A stretch of 64,000 nucleotides of DNA from Leucoraja ocellata (GCA_036785375.1 JAWMAR010000352.1:2356001-2420000); one strand, 5' to 3'. Numbered from the stretch's first letter, positions 51,401-61,120 are shown. The notes: generated by a model from the letters alone, not told the origin. Numbers and translations: made by a program.

Positions 51401-54400
51401 CTGGAGTTGCACCTCCTGTTGTATAGTTCCTGCAGGGGGGTGAGTGAAGTTCCCATAGTGCGTTCGGCCGAACGCACTACTCTCTGCAGAGCCTTCTTGT
51501 CCTTGGCAGAGCAATTCCCAAACCAGATGGTAATGTTCCCGGACAAGATGCCTTCCACCGCCGCTGCAGAGAAGCACTGGAGGATCCTCGGAGACACTCT
51601 GAATTTCCTCAATTGCCTGAGGTGGTAAAGGCGCTGCCTTGCCTTACTCACGAGTGCTGAGGCATGTGATGGCAGCTCTATATGGTCATAGAATCATAGA
51701 ATCATAGAAAGTAGGTGCGAGAGTAGACCACCAGGTCCGTCGAGCCCGCACCGCCATTCGCTCATGGCTGAACACTAAACAGACACACTTACCCACAAAC
51801 AGTAGACACAAGACACAGAACACAAGACACTACCCTCCTCTTTATACCGCTATCACCCCTCTCCACCCCAAGAACCTCGTGATCTCCTGGGGGAGGCAAA
51901 AAAACGGATAAAAACCCAGGTCCAATTCGGGAAAAAAAATCCGGGAAATTCCTCTCCGACCCCAATCCAGGCGATCGACACTTGTCCAGGAGATCACTCA
52001 GGTCTTACTATACTAACCATACCTAGGTCCATATCCCTGCCCTCTCCCCGTATCCCCTTATCCCCTTGGCAGCTAAAAAAACATCTATTTTAGTCTTAAA
52101 TATATTTAAAGTTTCTGCTTCCACTGCTCCCTGGGGCAGTGAATTCCATAAATTAACCACCCTCTGGGTGAAGAAGTTCTTCCTCATCTCAGTTTTAAAA
52201 GAGCCCCCCCTTATTCTGCAACTATGTCCCCTAGTTCTAGTTTCCCCGATCATTGGGAACATCCTCGGTGCATCCACCCGATCAAGGCCCCTCACGATCT
52301 TATATGTTTCAATGAGAGCGCCTCTCATTCTTCTAAACTCCAAAGAGTAGAGTTCCAGCCTACTTAACCTTTCCTCATATGTCAATCCCCTCATTGCAGG
52401 AATTAATCTTGTAAACCTTCGCTGCACTGCCTCCAGGGCTACTACATCCTTTCTTAAGTATGGACCCCAGAACTGTACACAGTATTCCAAATGTGGTCTC
52501 ACTAATACTGTGTACAGCTGCAGCAAGACCTCCGTGTTTTTATACTCAATCCCCCTAGCAATAAAGGCCAAAACTCCATTGGCCTTCCTAATTGCTTGCT
52601 GCACCTGCATACTAACTTTCAGTGATTCATGTACTAATACCCCTAGATCCCTTTGCGTTGCATTACAACGCAGCTCCTCCTCATTTAGAAAATAACTTGC
52701 CCTTTCATTTTTTCTCCCAAAGTGAATGACTTCACATTTATTAGTATTAAATTTCATCTGCCAAGTTGTTGCCCACTCACCTAGCTTATCTATATCCTTT
52801 TGCAGACTCTTCCTATCCTCCTCATCCCCTACTTTTCCTCCCATTTTTGTATCGTCCGCAAATTTTGATATATTACACTTGGTTCCCTCCTCCAAATCAT
52901 TTATATAAATTGTGAACAACTGGGGTCCCAGCACCGACCCTTGCGGAACCCCGCTAGTTACCGGTTGCCATCCCGAGTATGAACCATTTATCCCCACTCT
53001 CTGCTTCCTATTTGTTAGCCAATCCTCTACCCATGCTAATATATTACCCCCAATCCCATAATTTTTTATTTTTAGCAATAGTCTCTTATGTGGCACCTTG
53101 TCAAAAGCCTTTTGGAAGTCCAAGTATACCACATCCACCGGTTCCCCTTTATCCACCCGGGTTGTTACTTCCTCAAAGAGTTCGAGCAGATTCGTTAAAC
53201 AGGACTTCCCCTTCACAAAACCATGCTGGTTCTGTCCGATGAAGTCATGTCTATCCAAGTGCCCCGTTAGTGTTTCTTTAATAATTGTCTCTAACATTTT
53301 ACCCACCACCGATGTTAGACTAACCGGTCTATAGTTACCCGCCTTCTGTTTACTTCCTTTTTAAAATATAGGTGTTACATTGGCCATTTTCCAATCCACT
53401 GGGACCGTTCCTGCCTCCAGGGAGTTTTGGAAAATTATCACCAATGCATCCACAATCCCCACCGCTATCTCCCTCAAGACCCTTGGATGTAATCCATCAG
53501 GCCCAGGGGATTTATCCTCCTTCAGTCTCATTAATTTCCCTAATACCACCTCCTTGGTGATCTTAATAGTATTTAGCTCCTCCATTCCTACCGCCCCCTG
53601 TTTATCCAGCGTTGGAATATTTTTTGTGTCTTCTATGGTGAAGACTGATACAAAATACTCGTTTAATGCCTTTGCCATTTCCATGTTCCCCACCAACAAC
53701 TCTCCAGTCTCACCCTCCAATGGACCAACATTCACCTTAGCCACCCTTTTTCTTTTTATATAGCTATAAAAACTCTTACTATTAGTTTTTATGTTGTTCG
53801 CTGAATTCCTTTCATAGTCTATTTTCCCCGTCTTAATTAATCTCTTAGTTATTTTTTGCTGACCTTTAAATGCTTCCCAATCCTCTACCCTCCCACTATC
53901 TCTGGCTACCTTATATGCCCTTGCCTTCAGCCGAATACTATCCTTTATAGTTTTACTGAGCCATGGCTGACTGTTCTTACCCTTACCCCTTTTTTTCTTC
54001 ATAGGAATAAATTTTTCTTGAAGGTTATACAGTATACCCTTAAACGTACACCACTGCTCATGTACCGTCTTATTCTTGAGTCTGCTATCCCAGTCAACTT
54101 TGATCAGCTCAGTCCTCATACCTTCATAATCCCCCTTATTTAGACTAAGCACCCTAGCCTGAGTTTCAACCTGCTCCCCTTCTATTTGAATATGGAATTC
54201 GACCATATTGTGGTCACTTGTTCCCAACGAGTCCCTAACTATGACATTTTTAATTAATCCTACTTCATTACACAGGACCAAATCCAAGATTGCCTCCCCC
54301 CTTGTCGGTTCTGTGACATACTGTTCTAGGAACCCGTCTCTAATACATTCTATAAACTCTTCCTCTAGTCTACCCTGCCCAGTTTGGTTTGCCCAATTAA

Positions 54401-57400
54401 TATGAAAATTGAAGTCCCCCATGATTACAGCAGTTCCCTTTTTACATGCGTCAACTATTTGCAGATTTATGTTCTGACTAACAGCGTCACAGCTATTTGG
54501 AGGTCTATAAATTACACCCACTAGTGTTTTTTTCCCCTTATTATTCTCTATCTGTACCCAAGCTGTTTCACTATCCTGATCCTTCAACACAATATCCTTC
54601 CTCTCTATTGCCGTTATTCCCTCCCTTATTAAAAGGGCCACCCCTCCTCCCTTTCTTTCCTGTCTATCTTTCCTAATTGTCGAGTACCCCTCTATATTTA
54701 ACTCCCAGTCCTGATCCCCTTGCAGCCATGTCTCCGTAATGGCCACGATATCATAACTATATATACTTAATTGCACCGTTAATTCATTTATCTTATTACG
54801 AATACTCCGTGCATTTAGATAAAGCACTTTCAGATGATTTTTACTACCCTTCCTTTCCGTTTTTGCCCCTTTTACATCTAAAGCTTTATCTTCACACATT
54901 CTGTCTCCTGTCACATTTTGACTTTCCGCTTCCCCACTGATACCCTGCTCTATTTCCTCTACCCCTGCCGTTATTACCCCCCTTGATACCTCCCCCCCGC
55001 TACTTAGTTTAAAGACCTCTCTACTGCCCTAGTTATATGATTTGCCAGGACCCCAGTCCCAGCACCGTTCAGGTGAAGTCCGTCCTTACAGAACAGATCC
55101 CCCCTGTCCCAGTACTGGTGCCAGTGGCCCAAGAAACCAAACCCATTATTCCCACACCAGTCTTTGAGCCACGCATTTAGCTTTTTAATTTTACGTACCC
55201 TCGCCGATTTGGCCCGTGGCTCAGGTAGCAATCCGGAGATCAGTACCCTCGAGGTTCTGCTTTTTAATTTATTCCCTAACTGCTCAAACTCCTTCAGCAG
55301 ATCCTCCTTCCTCGTCCTTCCTATGTCATTGGTCCCCACATGGACCACGACCACTGGATCCTCCCCCTCCCTCTGCAAATTTCTCTCCAGCATCGCAGAG
55401 ATATCCTTAACCCTAGCACCGGGTAGGCAACACAGCCTTCGGGACATGTTCTGCTGGCCGCAGAGAACCTTATCTACCCCCCGAATAATACTATCCCCTA
55501 TCACTACGGCATTTCTTCTAACTCCCCCCTCTTGAATGGCCTCCTGATCCACGGTGCTGCAGCCAGGTTGCTCATCCCTCCCACAGCCCCTGATCCCGTC
55601 CTTACATTGAGTAAGAGCCTCGGTCATGCTCGTCAGGGACAAGGGCTGTGGCTTCTGCCGCATCTCCTCCTGGTTCCCCCTACCTGCCTCGCTTATGGCC
55701 ACACCTTCCTTTCCTTGCTCACTGCCTACTGAATTAGTTAAACTGGTCGGTGTGACCATCCCCTGGCACAAAACATCCAGGTAATACTCCCCCTCCCTGA
55801 TGTACCGCAGCGTATGAATTTGGGTCTCCAGCTCATCAATGCGGAGCTGGAGTTCCTCTAGCCTCAAACACTTACTGCAGCTGTAGGGATTTTCTACATC
55901 AATGGTGTCGACAAATTCCCACATCTCGCAGTATTGGCACATCTCCTGACTGCCCATCTTATATAAGTAATTAACTGGTCCGATTTAAGAATCCCCTACT
56001 GTATTGATACACCCCTTAATTATATAATCCTACCTCCTATAAATGGGAAATTACTCACCCCAGCCGTAAATTACCTACTGGTTTGGCTGTCTAGCGGTAA
56101 TTCCTTCCGCTCTTCCTGTCTGTTCCACTGCTCCCTTGCAGTGCGTGGCAAACCTCTTTGCCTCTGTTAGTCTCTCGAGCCGCGGCTCCGTCCGTCCGTC
56201 CGTGTGCTCCGTCCGTCCGTCCTCCCTCGGCGACAGCACCTGTGGCACCGCGGTCGTGACGTCCCTTCCGTTCTCGTGACGTCCCTTCCGTGATCTTCTG
56301 TTCCTTCTCTGTCGCTGTGTCTTCAAGGTCGGCAGAGGAGTGTCAACGGACTTGACGACAAACAGACTAAAATTGTTGAAACTCTCAGTTCAGATTCCGT
56401 TTTGCTTTGCTTTGGTTATTTATCTATTTATTTATTTATTTCCTTTCTTTTTTTCTTTAGTTTAGGGGGGTTTTGTTTCTTCCTTTTTTCCTTTTTTTTG
56501 TCTTTTTATCTTTGTGTTTTTTTTCTACATATATTAGTTTTCTTTTAAAGATTTAACTATATTTACATAGAGACCGGGAGGTCTATATTCAATGTATATT
56601 TTGACACTGGACTCATATTTAGGTTATACCTGTTGTTAATGTCCAACCTCCGCAGTTTTGGGGACAGAGCCTTCTCCAGGGCTGCTCCCAAGCTCTGGAA
56701 CGCCCTCCCCCAACTGATCCGCAATTCCGTGTCCCTCAACATCTTCGAGTCCTGCCTCAAGAGTCATCTCTTCACCTCTGCCTATCCATAGCCCCACGTC
56801 CCCCTCCCTTTTCATCTGTGCTTGAATTGCCTCATATTGTGTTTTGAATTGAATTCTGTCTTTAATTTGTGTACTAGTCATGTCTCTACTATTTATTTCA
56901 TTCCGCTTACATGTTTTTCCTATAATTGCTACATTTTTGTAAGGTGTCCTTGAGACTCTTGAAAGGCGCCCATAAATAAAATTTATTATTATTAATATAA
57001 TATTATTGTTATGTTTATCATTATTCTTTTTGCTCTGTTTTTTATGTTTTGTATTTGTTTTTTGGAAAAAAAACTAATAACACGATTTTAAAAGAAAGAA
57101 AGAAATGTTTAAGACCAAGACCATAGGTTCTTGATCAGTAAGGGTGTCAGGGTTATGGGGAGAAGGGAGAAGAATGGGGTTGAGAGGGAGAGATAGATCA
57201 GCCATGATTGAATGGCAGAGTAGACTTGATGGGCCGAATGGCCTAATTCTGTTCTGTGAAATTATGAAGGTTGGAGCCCACAATGGCCCTTTGTTGGCTA
57301 AGGAAGAACTGATAAAGACAGGGATAGAAGGATGCGAACAGTGGAACTTGGAGGATGTCTAGGGTGCGTGTGGAGAGAGGGGGGGGGGGGAAAGGAATGC

Positions 57401-60400
57401 AGGAGATGCATGAAATTGGAAAAATCAATGGCCCCTGTTTGTAGTTGTCACACAGTGTGGAAATGGGCCCTTCGGCCCAACTTGCCCATATCGGCCAACA
57501 TGCCCCAACTAAAGCACACGGCATTGGGGGTTCAGTATTGATGTGGATAGAGAACTGGCTGGCAAACAGGAAGCAAAGAGTAGGAGTAAACGGGTCCTTT
57601 TCACAATGGCAGGCAGTGACTAATGGGGTACCGCAAGGCTCAGTGCTGGGACCCCAGCTATTTACAATATATATTAATGATCTGGATGAGGGAATTGAAG
57701 GCAATATCTCCAAGTTTGCGGATGACACTAAGCTGGGGGGCAGTGTTAGCTGTGAGGAGGATGCTAGGAGACTGCAAGGTGACTTGGATAGGCTGGGTGA
57801 GTGGGCAAATGTTTGGCAGATGCAGTATAATGTGGATAAATGTGAGGTTATCCATTTTGGTGGCAAAAACAGGAAAGCAGACTATTATCTAAATGGTGGC
57901 CGACTAGGAAAAGGTGAGATGCAGCGAGACCTGGGTGTCATGGTACACCAGTCATTGAAAGTAGGCATGCAGGTGCAGCAGGCAGTGAAGAAAACGAATG
58001 GTATGTTAGCTTTCATAGCAAAAGGATTTGAGTATTGGAGCAGGGAGGTTCTACTGCAGTTGTACAGGGTCTTGGTGAGACCACACCTGGAGTATTGCGT
58101 ACAGTTTTGGTCTCCAAATCTGAGGAAGGACATTATTGCCATAGAGGGAGTGCAGAGAAGGTTCACCAGACTGATTCCTGGGATGTCAGGACTGTCTTAT
58201 GAAGAAAGACTGGATAGACTTGGTTTATACTCTCTAGAATTTAGGAGATTGAGAGGGAATCTTATAGAAACTTACAAAATTCTTAAGGGGTTGGACAGGC
58301 TAGATGCAGGAAGATTGCTCCCAATGTTGGGGAAGTCCAGGACAAGGGGTCACAGCTTAAGGATAAGGGGGAAATCCTTTAAAACCGAGATGAGAAGAAC
58401 TTTTTTCACACAGAGAGTGGTGAATCTCTGGAACTCTCTGCCACAGAGGGTAGTTGAGGCCACTTCATTGGCTATATTTAAGAGGGAGTTAGATGTGGCC
58501 CTTGTGGCTAAGGGTATCAGGGGGTGTGGAGAGAAGGCAGGTACGGGATACTGAGTTGGATGATCAGCCATGATCATATTGAATGGCGGTGCAGGCTCGA
58601 AGGGCCGAATGGCCTACTCCTGCACCTAATTTCTATTTTCTATGTTTCTATGTTACACTAGTCCCACCTGCCTGTGTTTGGTCCATGTCCCTCTAAACCT
58701 GTCCTATCCATGTGCCTGTCCAACTGTTTCTTAAACATTACTCCCATGGCTCAACTACTTCCTCCGGTAGCTCATTCCATACACCCACTGCCCTTTGTGT
58801 GAAAATGTTAGTGCTCAGGTTCCTATTGAATCCCCCCCCCCCACCTTAAACCTCTATCCTCTGGTCCACGATTCCTACTCTGGGCAAGATGTTCTGTGCG
58901 TCTACCCGATTTATTCCTCTCATGATTTTAAATACCTCTATAAGATCACCCCTCAACCTCCTGTGCTCCAGAAAATAGAGAAGCCGCCTGCTCATCCTCT
59001 CCCTGTAGCTCAAGCCCTCAGGTCCTGGCAATGTAAATCCTCTCTGCACCCTTTCGAGCTTGACAACATCTCCCCGACAACATGGTGCCCAGAACTGAAC
59101 ACAATACTCTAAATGCATTGAAACCTACTGAATAGTGAAAGGCTTGGATTGAGTGGATGTGGGGAGGATGTTTCCACTAGTGGGAGAGTCTAGGACTAGA
59201 GGTCGTAGCCTCAGAATTAAAGGACATTCCTTCAGGAAGCAGATGAGAGAAATTTCTTTAGTCAGAGGGTGGTGAATCTGTGGAATTCTTTGCCGCAGAA
59301 GGCTGTGGCCAAGTCAATGAATATTTTTAAGGCAGAGATAGATAGGTTATTGATTAGTACGGTGTCAGGGGTTATGGGGAAAAAGGCAGGAGAATGGGAT
59401 TAGGAGGAAGAGTTAGATCAGCCATGATTGAATGGCAGAGTAGACTTGATGGGCCGAATGACTTAATTCTGCTCCTATCATTAATGACCTCATGAGTTTA
59501 TGACCAACGTCTAATACAACTGCAACTTTGTACTTGGACTTTGCTGATGTGCTGTAAACTTGGTGTGATCTTCTGTAGCTGCAGGAGGGAAGATGCTTCA
59601 GGAAACCAAGACACCAATGTGATCTACTGCCCACAATCTGCCACCAATCAGGTAGTGGAACTTTGTATTTAATCTCAACTATCGATGATACAAAAGTGGG
59701 CACAAAAAGCTGGAGTAACTCAGTGGAACAGGCAGAATCTCTGGAGAGAAGGAACAGGTGATGTTTCGTTCGAAGCTCGAGGGGCCTGAGCTACAGGGAG
59801 AGATTGAGGAGGCTGGGACTCTATTCCATGGAGTGTAGAGGGATCTTGTAGATGTGTATAAAATCATGAGAGGAATAGATCGGGTAGATGCACACAGTTT
59901 CTTGCCCAGAGTAGGGGAATCGAGGACCAGAGGACATAGGTTCCAGGTGAAGGGGAAAAAAATCTGAGGGTTAACTTTTTCACACAAACGGTGGTGCGTG
60001 TATGGAAAGAGCTGCTGGAGGAGGTACTTGAGGCTGGGACTATCCCATAGTTTAAGAAACAGTTAGAAAGGTACATGGACGGGACAAGTTTGGAGGGATA
60101 TGGACCAAGCGCAGGCAGGTGGGACTAGTGTAGCAGGGACATGTTGGCCAGTGTGGGCAAGTTGGGTCGAAGGGCCTGTTTCCACAATGTATGACTATAT
60201 AGACGATGATGTAGAGAGGGATAAAGAACAATGAATGAAAGATAGATGTAAACAAAGTAACGATGATAAAGGAAACAGGCCACTGTTAGTGGTTTGTTGG
60301 GTGAAAACGAGAAGCTGGTGCGACTTGGGTGGGGGAGGGATGGAGAGAGAGGGAATGCAGGGCTACCTCAAGTGAGGGAAATCAATGTTCATATCACTGG

Positions 60401-61120
60401 GCTGTAAGCTGCCCAAACGGAATACGTGATGCTGGTCCTCCAATTTGCGTTTAGCCTCACTCTGTCAATGGAGGCGACCGAGGACAGAAAGGTCAGTGTG
60501 GGAAGGGGAATTAAAGTATTTAGCAACCGGGGGTATGAATATTGATTTATCTAACTATGTGAGAGTGTAAGAGTGGGAGAGAGGGATGTGAGTGTGAGAG
60601 AGAGTGGGTGTGAGTGTGAGAGAAAGTTTGAGAGAGAGGGAGACGGGGCGAGAGAGAGAGAGTGTGAAACCGAGTGTGAGAGACAGAGTGTGTGAGTGTG
60701 AGAGAGTGAGAGAAAGAGGAGAGGGAGAGAGAGAGAGAAAGTGAGTGAGAATGTGAGAGAGAGGGAGAGAGAGTGAGAGTGTGTGAGAGGAGAACATAAA
60801 CAACATGGCTGAACCTGGGTCTGTGGGAGTACAGGAGTTGTGAACCTTCTCGCTGATGGTATTAAATGTCGGGCCACACTGCTCTGTACTAAACCCACAA
60901 CTGCCCGTCTGCTTCCCTTTCCTTCCAGAGCGCGGGGAGTGGAGAGGACGGGCCGGCCCCAGTGGAGCTAAATGAAGGAGGGGAATCGGGAGAGGGGGAA
61001 GAGCAAGCGGCTGTGTACGCCAACATGCAGGATGTGCTGAGCAGCGAAGACACCGGGCACAGTGGCAAGGGGGTGGAATATGCGGAGCTCTGGTTCCAGT
61101 CCAAGCAGGGGAAGGGGTAG
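22155..61120 (+). CDS. Siglec/MAG/CD22-like Ig-superfamily receptor, 8 coding exons: 22155-22194, 22828-23196, 23653-23946, 39781-40062, 44781-45074, 48827-48923, 59579-59651, 60929-61120 (1641 nt, 546 aa)
   Basis: All introns are GT-AG with compatible phases (1,1,1,1,1,2,0). The joined frame is open from ATG to TAG and gives signal peptide, V-set, three Ig domains, TM and an ITIM tail. Orthology to a named Siglec cannot be assigned from this sequence alone. Confidence 0.85.
22228..22693. repeat. 33-bp G-rich minisatellite, ~14 copies, in the signal/V-set intron
   Basis: Unit ggagtgatgca(c/t)tg(g/t)gggaggggcggtgaggag. Confidence 0.95.
22828..23196 (+). CDS. Siglec V-set sialic-acid-binding Ig domain exon
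   Basis: Acceptor ctcctcag and donor gtaagt. Encodes EW...GLCARIPC...GIWF...RTRLSG...DCSLVIDNV...[10 protein letters not shown]...YSY: the Siglec Cys pattern plus the conserved F-strand Arg (codon 23133-23135). Confidence 0.93.
23653..23946 (+). CDS. Ig domain 2 (C2-set) exon
   Basis: DFTDKPTI...[12 protein letters not shown]...LTW...SVLSLTP...[10 protein letters not shown]. Carries the extra Cys typical of the Siglec D1-D2 interdomain disulfide; ag/gtaagt, phase 1-1. Confidence 0.92.
24155..24660. mobile_element. Penelope-derived repeat (GIY-YIG C-terminus plus terminal repeat)
   Basis: [35 protein letters not shown] peptide. Confidence 0.72.
24829..25537 (+). pseudogene. Disabled Ig exon (pseudoexon) paralogous to exon 39781-40062, split by a CR1 fragment
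   Basis: [10 protein letters not shown]...[16 protein letters not shown] before the insert and [25 protein letters not shown] after it. Relative to the 39781 exon it has 2-bp and ~11-bp deletions, an in-frame TAG at 24996-24998 and a donor weakened to gtgtgt. Confidence 0.88.
24999..25440 (-). mobile_element. CR1 3' fragment inserted inside the Ig pseudoexon
   Basis: [18 protein letters not shown]...RELDRALG, 3' UTR and (atagac)n tail; Ig-coding sequence resumes on both sides. Confidence 0.9.
25607..25749. other. Assembly gap within a Siglec-like gene intron
   Basis: Run of N. Confidence 0.99.
26335..26702 (+). mobile_element. CR1 3' fragment
   Basis: [13 protein letters not shown]...KAGTGY* and 3' UTR. 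Confidence 0.82.
28005..29380 (-). mobile_element. Young 5'-truncated CR1 with an intact 411-aa RT frame, nested in an older + strand CR1 end
   Basis: ORF 28108-29343 ([23 protein letters not shown]); (catagaaa)n tail. Confidence 0.93.
31842..34971 (-). mobile_element. Young CR1 with complete ORF2, lacking most of ORF1
   Basis: Tail at ~31842; uninterrupted ORF2; 5' junction at gttcc microhomology. Confidence 0.92.
31932..34916 (-). CDS. CR1 ORF2: APE endonuclease plus reverse transcriptase (994 aa, open)
   Basis: EN motifs NARS, GITETW, YRPP, GDFN and SDH; RT motifs [22 protein letters not shown] and FADD. Confidence 0.93.
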   Translation of the reverse strand: MWQGDGYKSRGAGGCKMKVEAIGSKVKSKSGRQTKPGQKSKRATFQHNCIRGKSVVKTSLKALCLNARSIRNKVDELNVQIAINDYDIVGITETWLQGDQGWELNIPGYSIFRRDREKGKGGGVVLLVREEINAMERKDISLEDVESVWVELRNNKGQKTLVGVVYRPPNSSSEVGDGIKQEIRNACDKGKAVIMGDFNLHIDWVNQTGRGAEEEDFLECIRDSYLNQHVEEPTRELAILDWVLSNEEGLVSSLVVRGPLGKSDHNMVEFFIRMESDIVNSETMVLNLKKGNFEGMRRELAKIDWQLILKGLTVDMQWKAFKDCMDELQKLFIPVWQKNKSGKVVHPWITREIRDSIKAKDDAYKLARKSSIPEDWEKFRDQQRRTKGLIRKGKMDYERKLAVNIKSDCKSFYRYVKRKRLVKTNVGPLQSETGELIMGNQDMADQLNNYFGSVFTKEDINDLPEIAGARGSKEVEELNEIQVSREVVLGKLNGLKADKSPGPDRLHPRVLKEVAPEIVDALVIIFQNSLDSGVVPEDWRVANVTPLFKKGGREKTGNYIPVSLTSVVGKLLESVIKDGIAAHLESGEIIGQSQHGFTKGKSCLTNLIEFFEDVTSSVDRGEPVDVVYLDFQKAFDKVPHKRLVYKLKAHGIGGSVLMWIENWLANRKQRVGVNGSFSQWQAVTSGVPQGSVLGPQLFTIYINDLDEGIEGNISKFADDTKLRGSVRCEEDARRQQGDLDRLGEWANVWQMQFNVDKCEVIHFGGKNGKADYYLNGGRLGKGEMQRDLGVMVHQSLKVGMQVQQAVKKANGMLAFIARGFEYRSREVLLQLYRVLVRPHLDYCVQFWSPNLRKDIIAIEGVQRMFTRLIPGMSGLSYEERLDRLGLYSLEFRRLRGDLIETYKILKGLDRLDAGRLFPMLGKSRTRGHSLRIRGKSFKTEMRRTFFTQRVVNLWNSLPQRVVEASSLAIFKRELDVALVAKGIRGYGEKAGTGY
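35433..35848. mobile_element. PIF/Harbinger-type MITE
   Basis: ~30-bp TIRs AG(T/G)GCCTGTCCCACGAGCATGC..., TAA duplication at 35430-35432 and 35849-35851; removal restores CR1 actaa|cccttc. Confidence 0.85.
37410..39750. mobile_element. Mosaic of old CR1 fragments on both strands and Penelope-derived repeats
   Basis: Multiple CR1 RT peptides in the ORF track. Confidence 0.75.
39781..40062 (+). CDS. Ig domain 3 exon
   Basis: [10 protein letters not shown]...[16 protein letters not shown]...[14 protein letters not shown]; acceptor ttgtctttag, donor gtgagt, 282 nt, phase 1-1. Confidence 0.9.
40893..41192 (+). mobile_element. tRNA-derived V-SINE (HE1-like), near full length
   Basis: A/B-box-like head (tggttcaacgg, ggttgaatcc), core gggtgctccggtttcctccca, and CR1-like tail ending ctaaactaaa. 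Confidence 0.8.
41625..42235 (-). mobile_element. Rex1/Babar-type LINE 3' fragment
   Basis: [11 protein letters not shown]...[20 protein letters not shown] peptide. Confidence 0.75.
42285..43910 (-). mobile_element. CR1 fragment (RT C-terminal half) with small nested insertions
   Basis: ORFs 42815-43264 and 43401-43652; (atagaca)n tail. Confidence 0.85.
44781..45074 (+). CDS. Membrane-proximal Ig domain exon (similar to MAG Ig5)
   Basis: [11 protein letters not shown]...[17 protein letters not shown]...VCSVRNRHG; the C-x8-CxC pattern resembles MAG domain 5; ccctctccag/gtgagg. Confidence 0.88.
45710..46925 (+). mobile_element. Internally deleted CR1 fragment
   Basis: EN-linker peptide 45769-46092 joined to RT C-terminus 46103-46501 and 3' UTR. 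Confidence 0.82.
48827..48923 (+). CDS. Transmembrane exon [33 protein letters not shown]
   Basis: Acceptor gttcttacag and donor CG|gtaagt (phase 1-2). A hydrophobic stretch is followed by basic residues, within non-repetitive sequence. Confidence 0.82.
48950..50232 (-). mobile_element. Rex1/Babar LINE RT fragment (337-aa frame), just downstream of the TM exon
   Basis: [29 protein letters not shown] and [10 protein letters not shown]; (tctgaa)-type tail. Confidence 0.9.
50300..50505. repeat. Tandem ~58-bp triplication of the Penelope-derived terminal repeat
   Basis: caaagtgctggagtaactcagcgggtcagg at 50301, 50359 and 50417. Confidence 0.85.
51055..51670 (-). mobile_element. Rex1/Babar LINE 3' fragment
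   Basis: [13 protein letters not shown]...SGKRL peptide; (gactt)n tail. Confidence 0.78.
52023..54914 (-). pseudogene. CR1 ORF2 (EN and RT) interrupted by one nonsense codon
   Basis: ORFs 53361-54914 and 52023-53309 share a frame: ...[24 protein letters not shown]... Confidence 0.88.
55004..55957 (-). CDS. CR1 ORF1: zinc finger/leucine zipper plus SGNH (GDSL) esterase
   Basis: CxxC...CxxC, heptad leucines, VIGDSII, CLPGA, HVGTND and DGLHLN. Confidence 0.9.
   Translation of the reverse strand: MGSQEMCQYCEMWEFVDTIDVENPYSCSKCLRLEELQLRIDELETQIHTLRYIREGEYYLDVLCQGMVTPTSLTNSVGSEQGKEGVAISEAGRGNQEEMRQKPQPLSLTSMTEALTQCKDGIRGCGRDEQPGCSTVDQEAIQEGGVRRNAVVIGDSIIRGVDKVLCGQQNMSRRLCCLPGARVKDISAMLERNLQREGEDPVVVVHVGTNDIGRTRKEDLLKEFEQLGNKLKSRTSRVLISGLLPEPRAKSARVRKIKKLNAWLKDWCGNNGFGFLGHWHQYWDRGDLFCKDGLHLNGAGTGVLANHITRAVERSLN
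56640..56995 (+). mobile_element. L2 LINE 3' end nested in a T-rich, L1-like 3' UTR
   Basis: [17 protein letters not shown]...[10 protein letters not shown] peptide and L2-type tail. Confidence 0.75.
57509..58655 (+). mobile_element. Young 5'-truncated CR1, same subfamily as the copies at 28005 and 31842
   Basis: Open RT frame to 58554, nearly identical in peptide sequence to those copies; (tttctatg)n tail. Confidence 0.92.
59579..59651 (+). CDS. Cytoplasmic exon 1 ([25 protein letters not shown])
   Basis: Acceptor cttctgtag and donor CAG|gtagtg; phase 2-0 bridges the TM and last exons exactly. Confidence 0.72.
60557..60792. repeat. GA/GT-rich microsatellite-like tract
   Basis: (ga)n and (gagt)n runs. 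Confidence 0.9.
60929..61120 (+). CDS. Terminal cytoplasmic exon with AVYANM and ITIM VEYAEL
   Basis: Strong pyrimidine tract ending ccttccag; open in phase 0 to TAG at 61118-61120; VxYxxL motif at 61073-61090. Confidence 0.82.
   Translation, partial: SAGSGEDGPAPVELNEGGESGEGEEQAAVYANMQDVLSSEDTGHSGKGVEYAELWFQSKQGKG

Larger units (their letters stand above)
51688..56325 (-). mobile_element. Full-length CR1 LINE of a distinct subfamily (5' UTR, ORF1, ORF2, 3' UTR, (gattctat)n tail)
   Basis: Intact ORF1; ORF2 with a single in-frame TAA at 53361-53363; CpG-rich 5' UTR. Confidence 0.92.

Noticed and set aside
53350-53370. Programmed frameshift between the two CR1 ORF2 halves
   Set aside because: Both halves share one frame; the break is a single in-frame stop codon.
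22155-61120. Assigning the symbol MAG or CD22
   Set aside because: The architecture is MAG-like, but the sequence and tail do not match what I recall of either orthologue; a phylogeny is needed.
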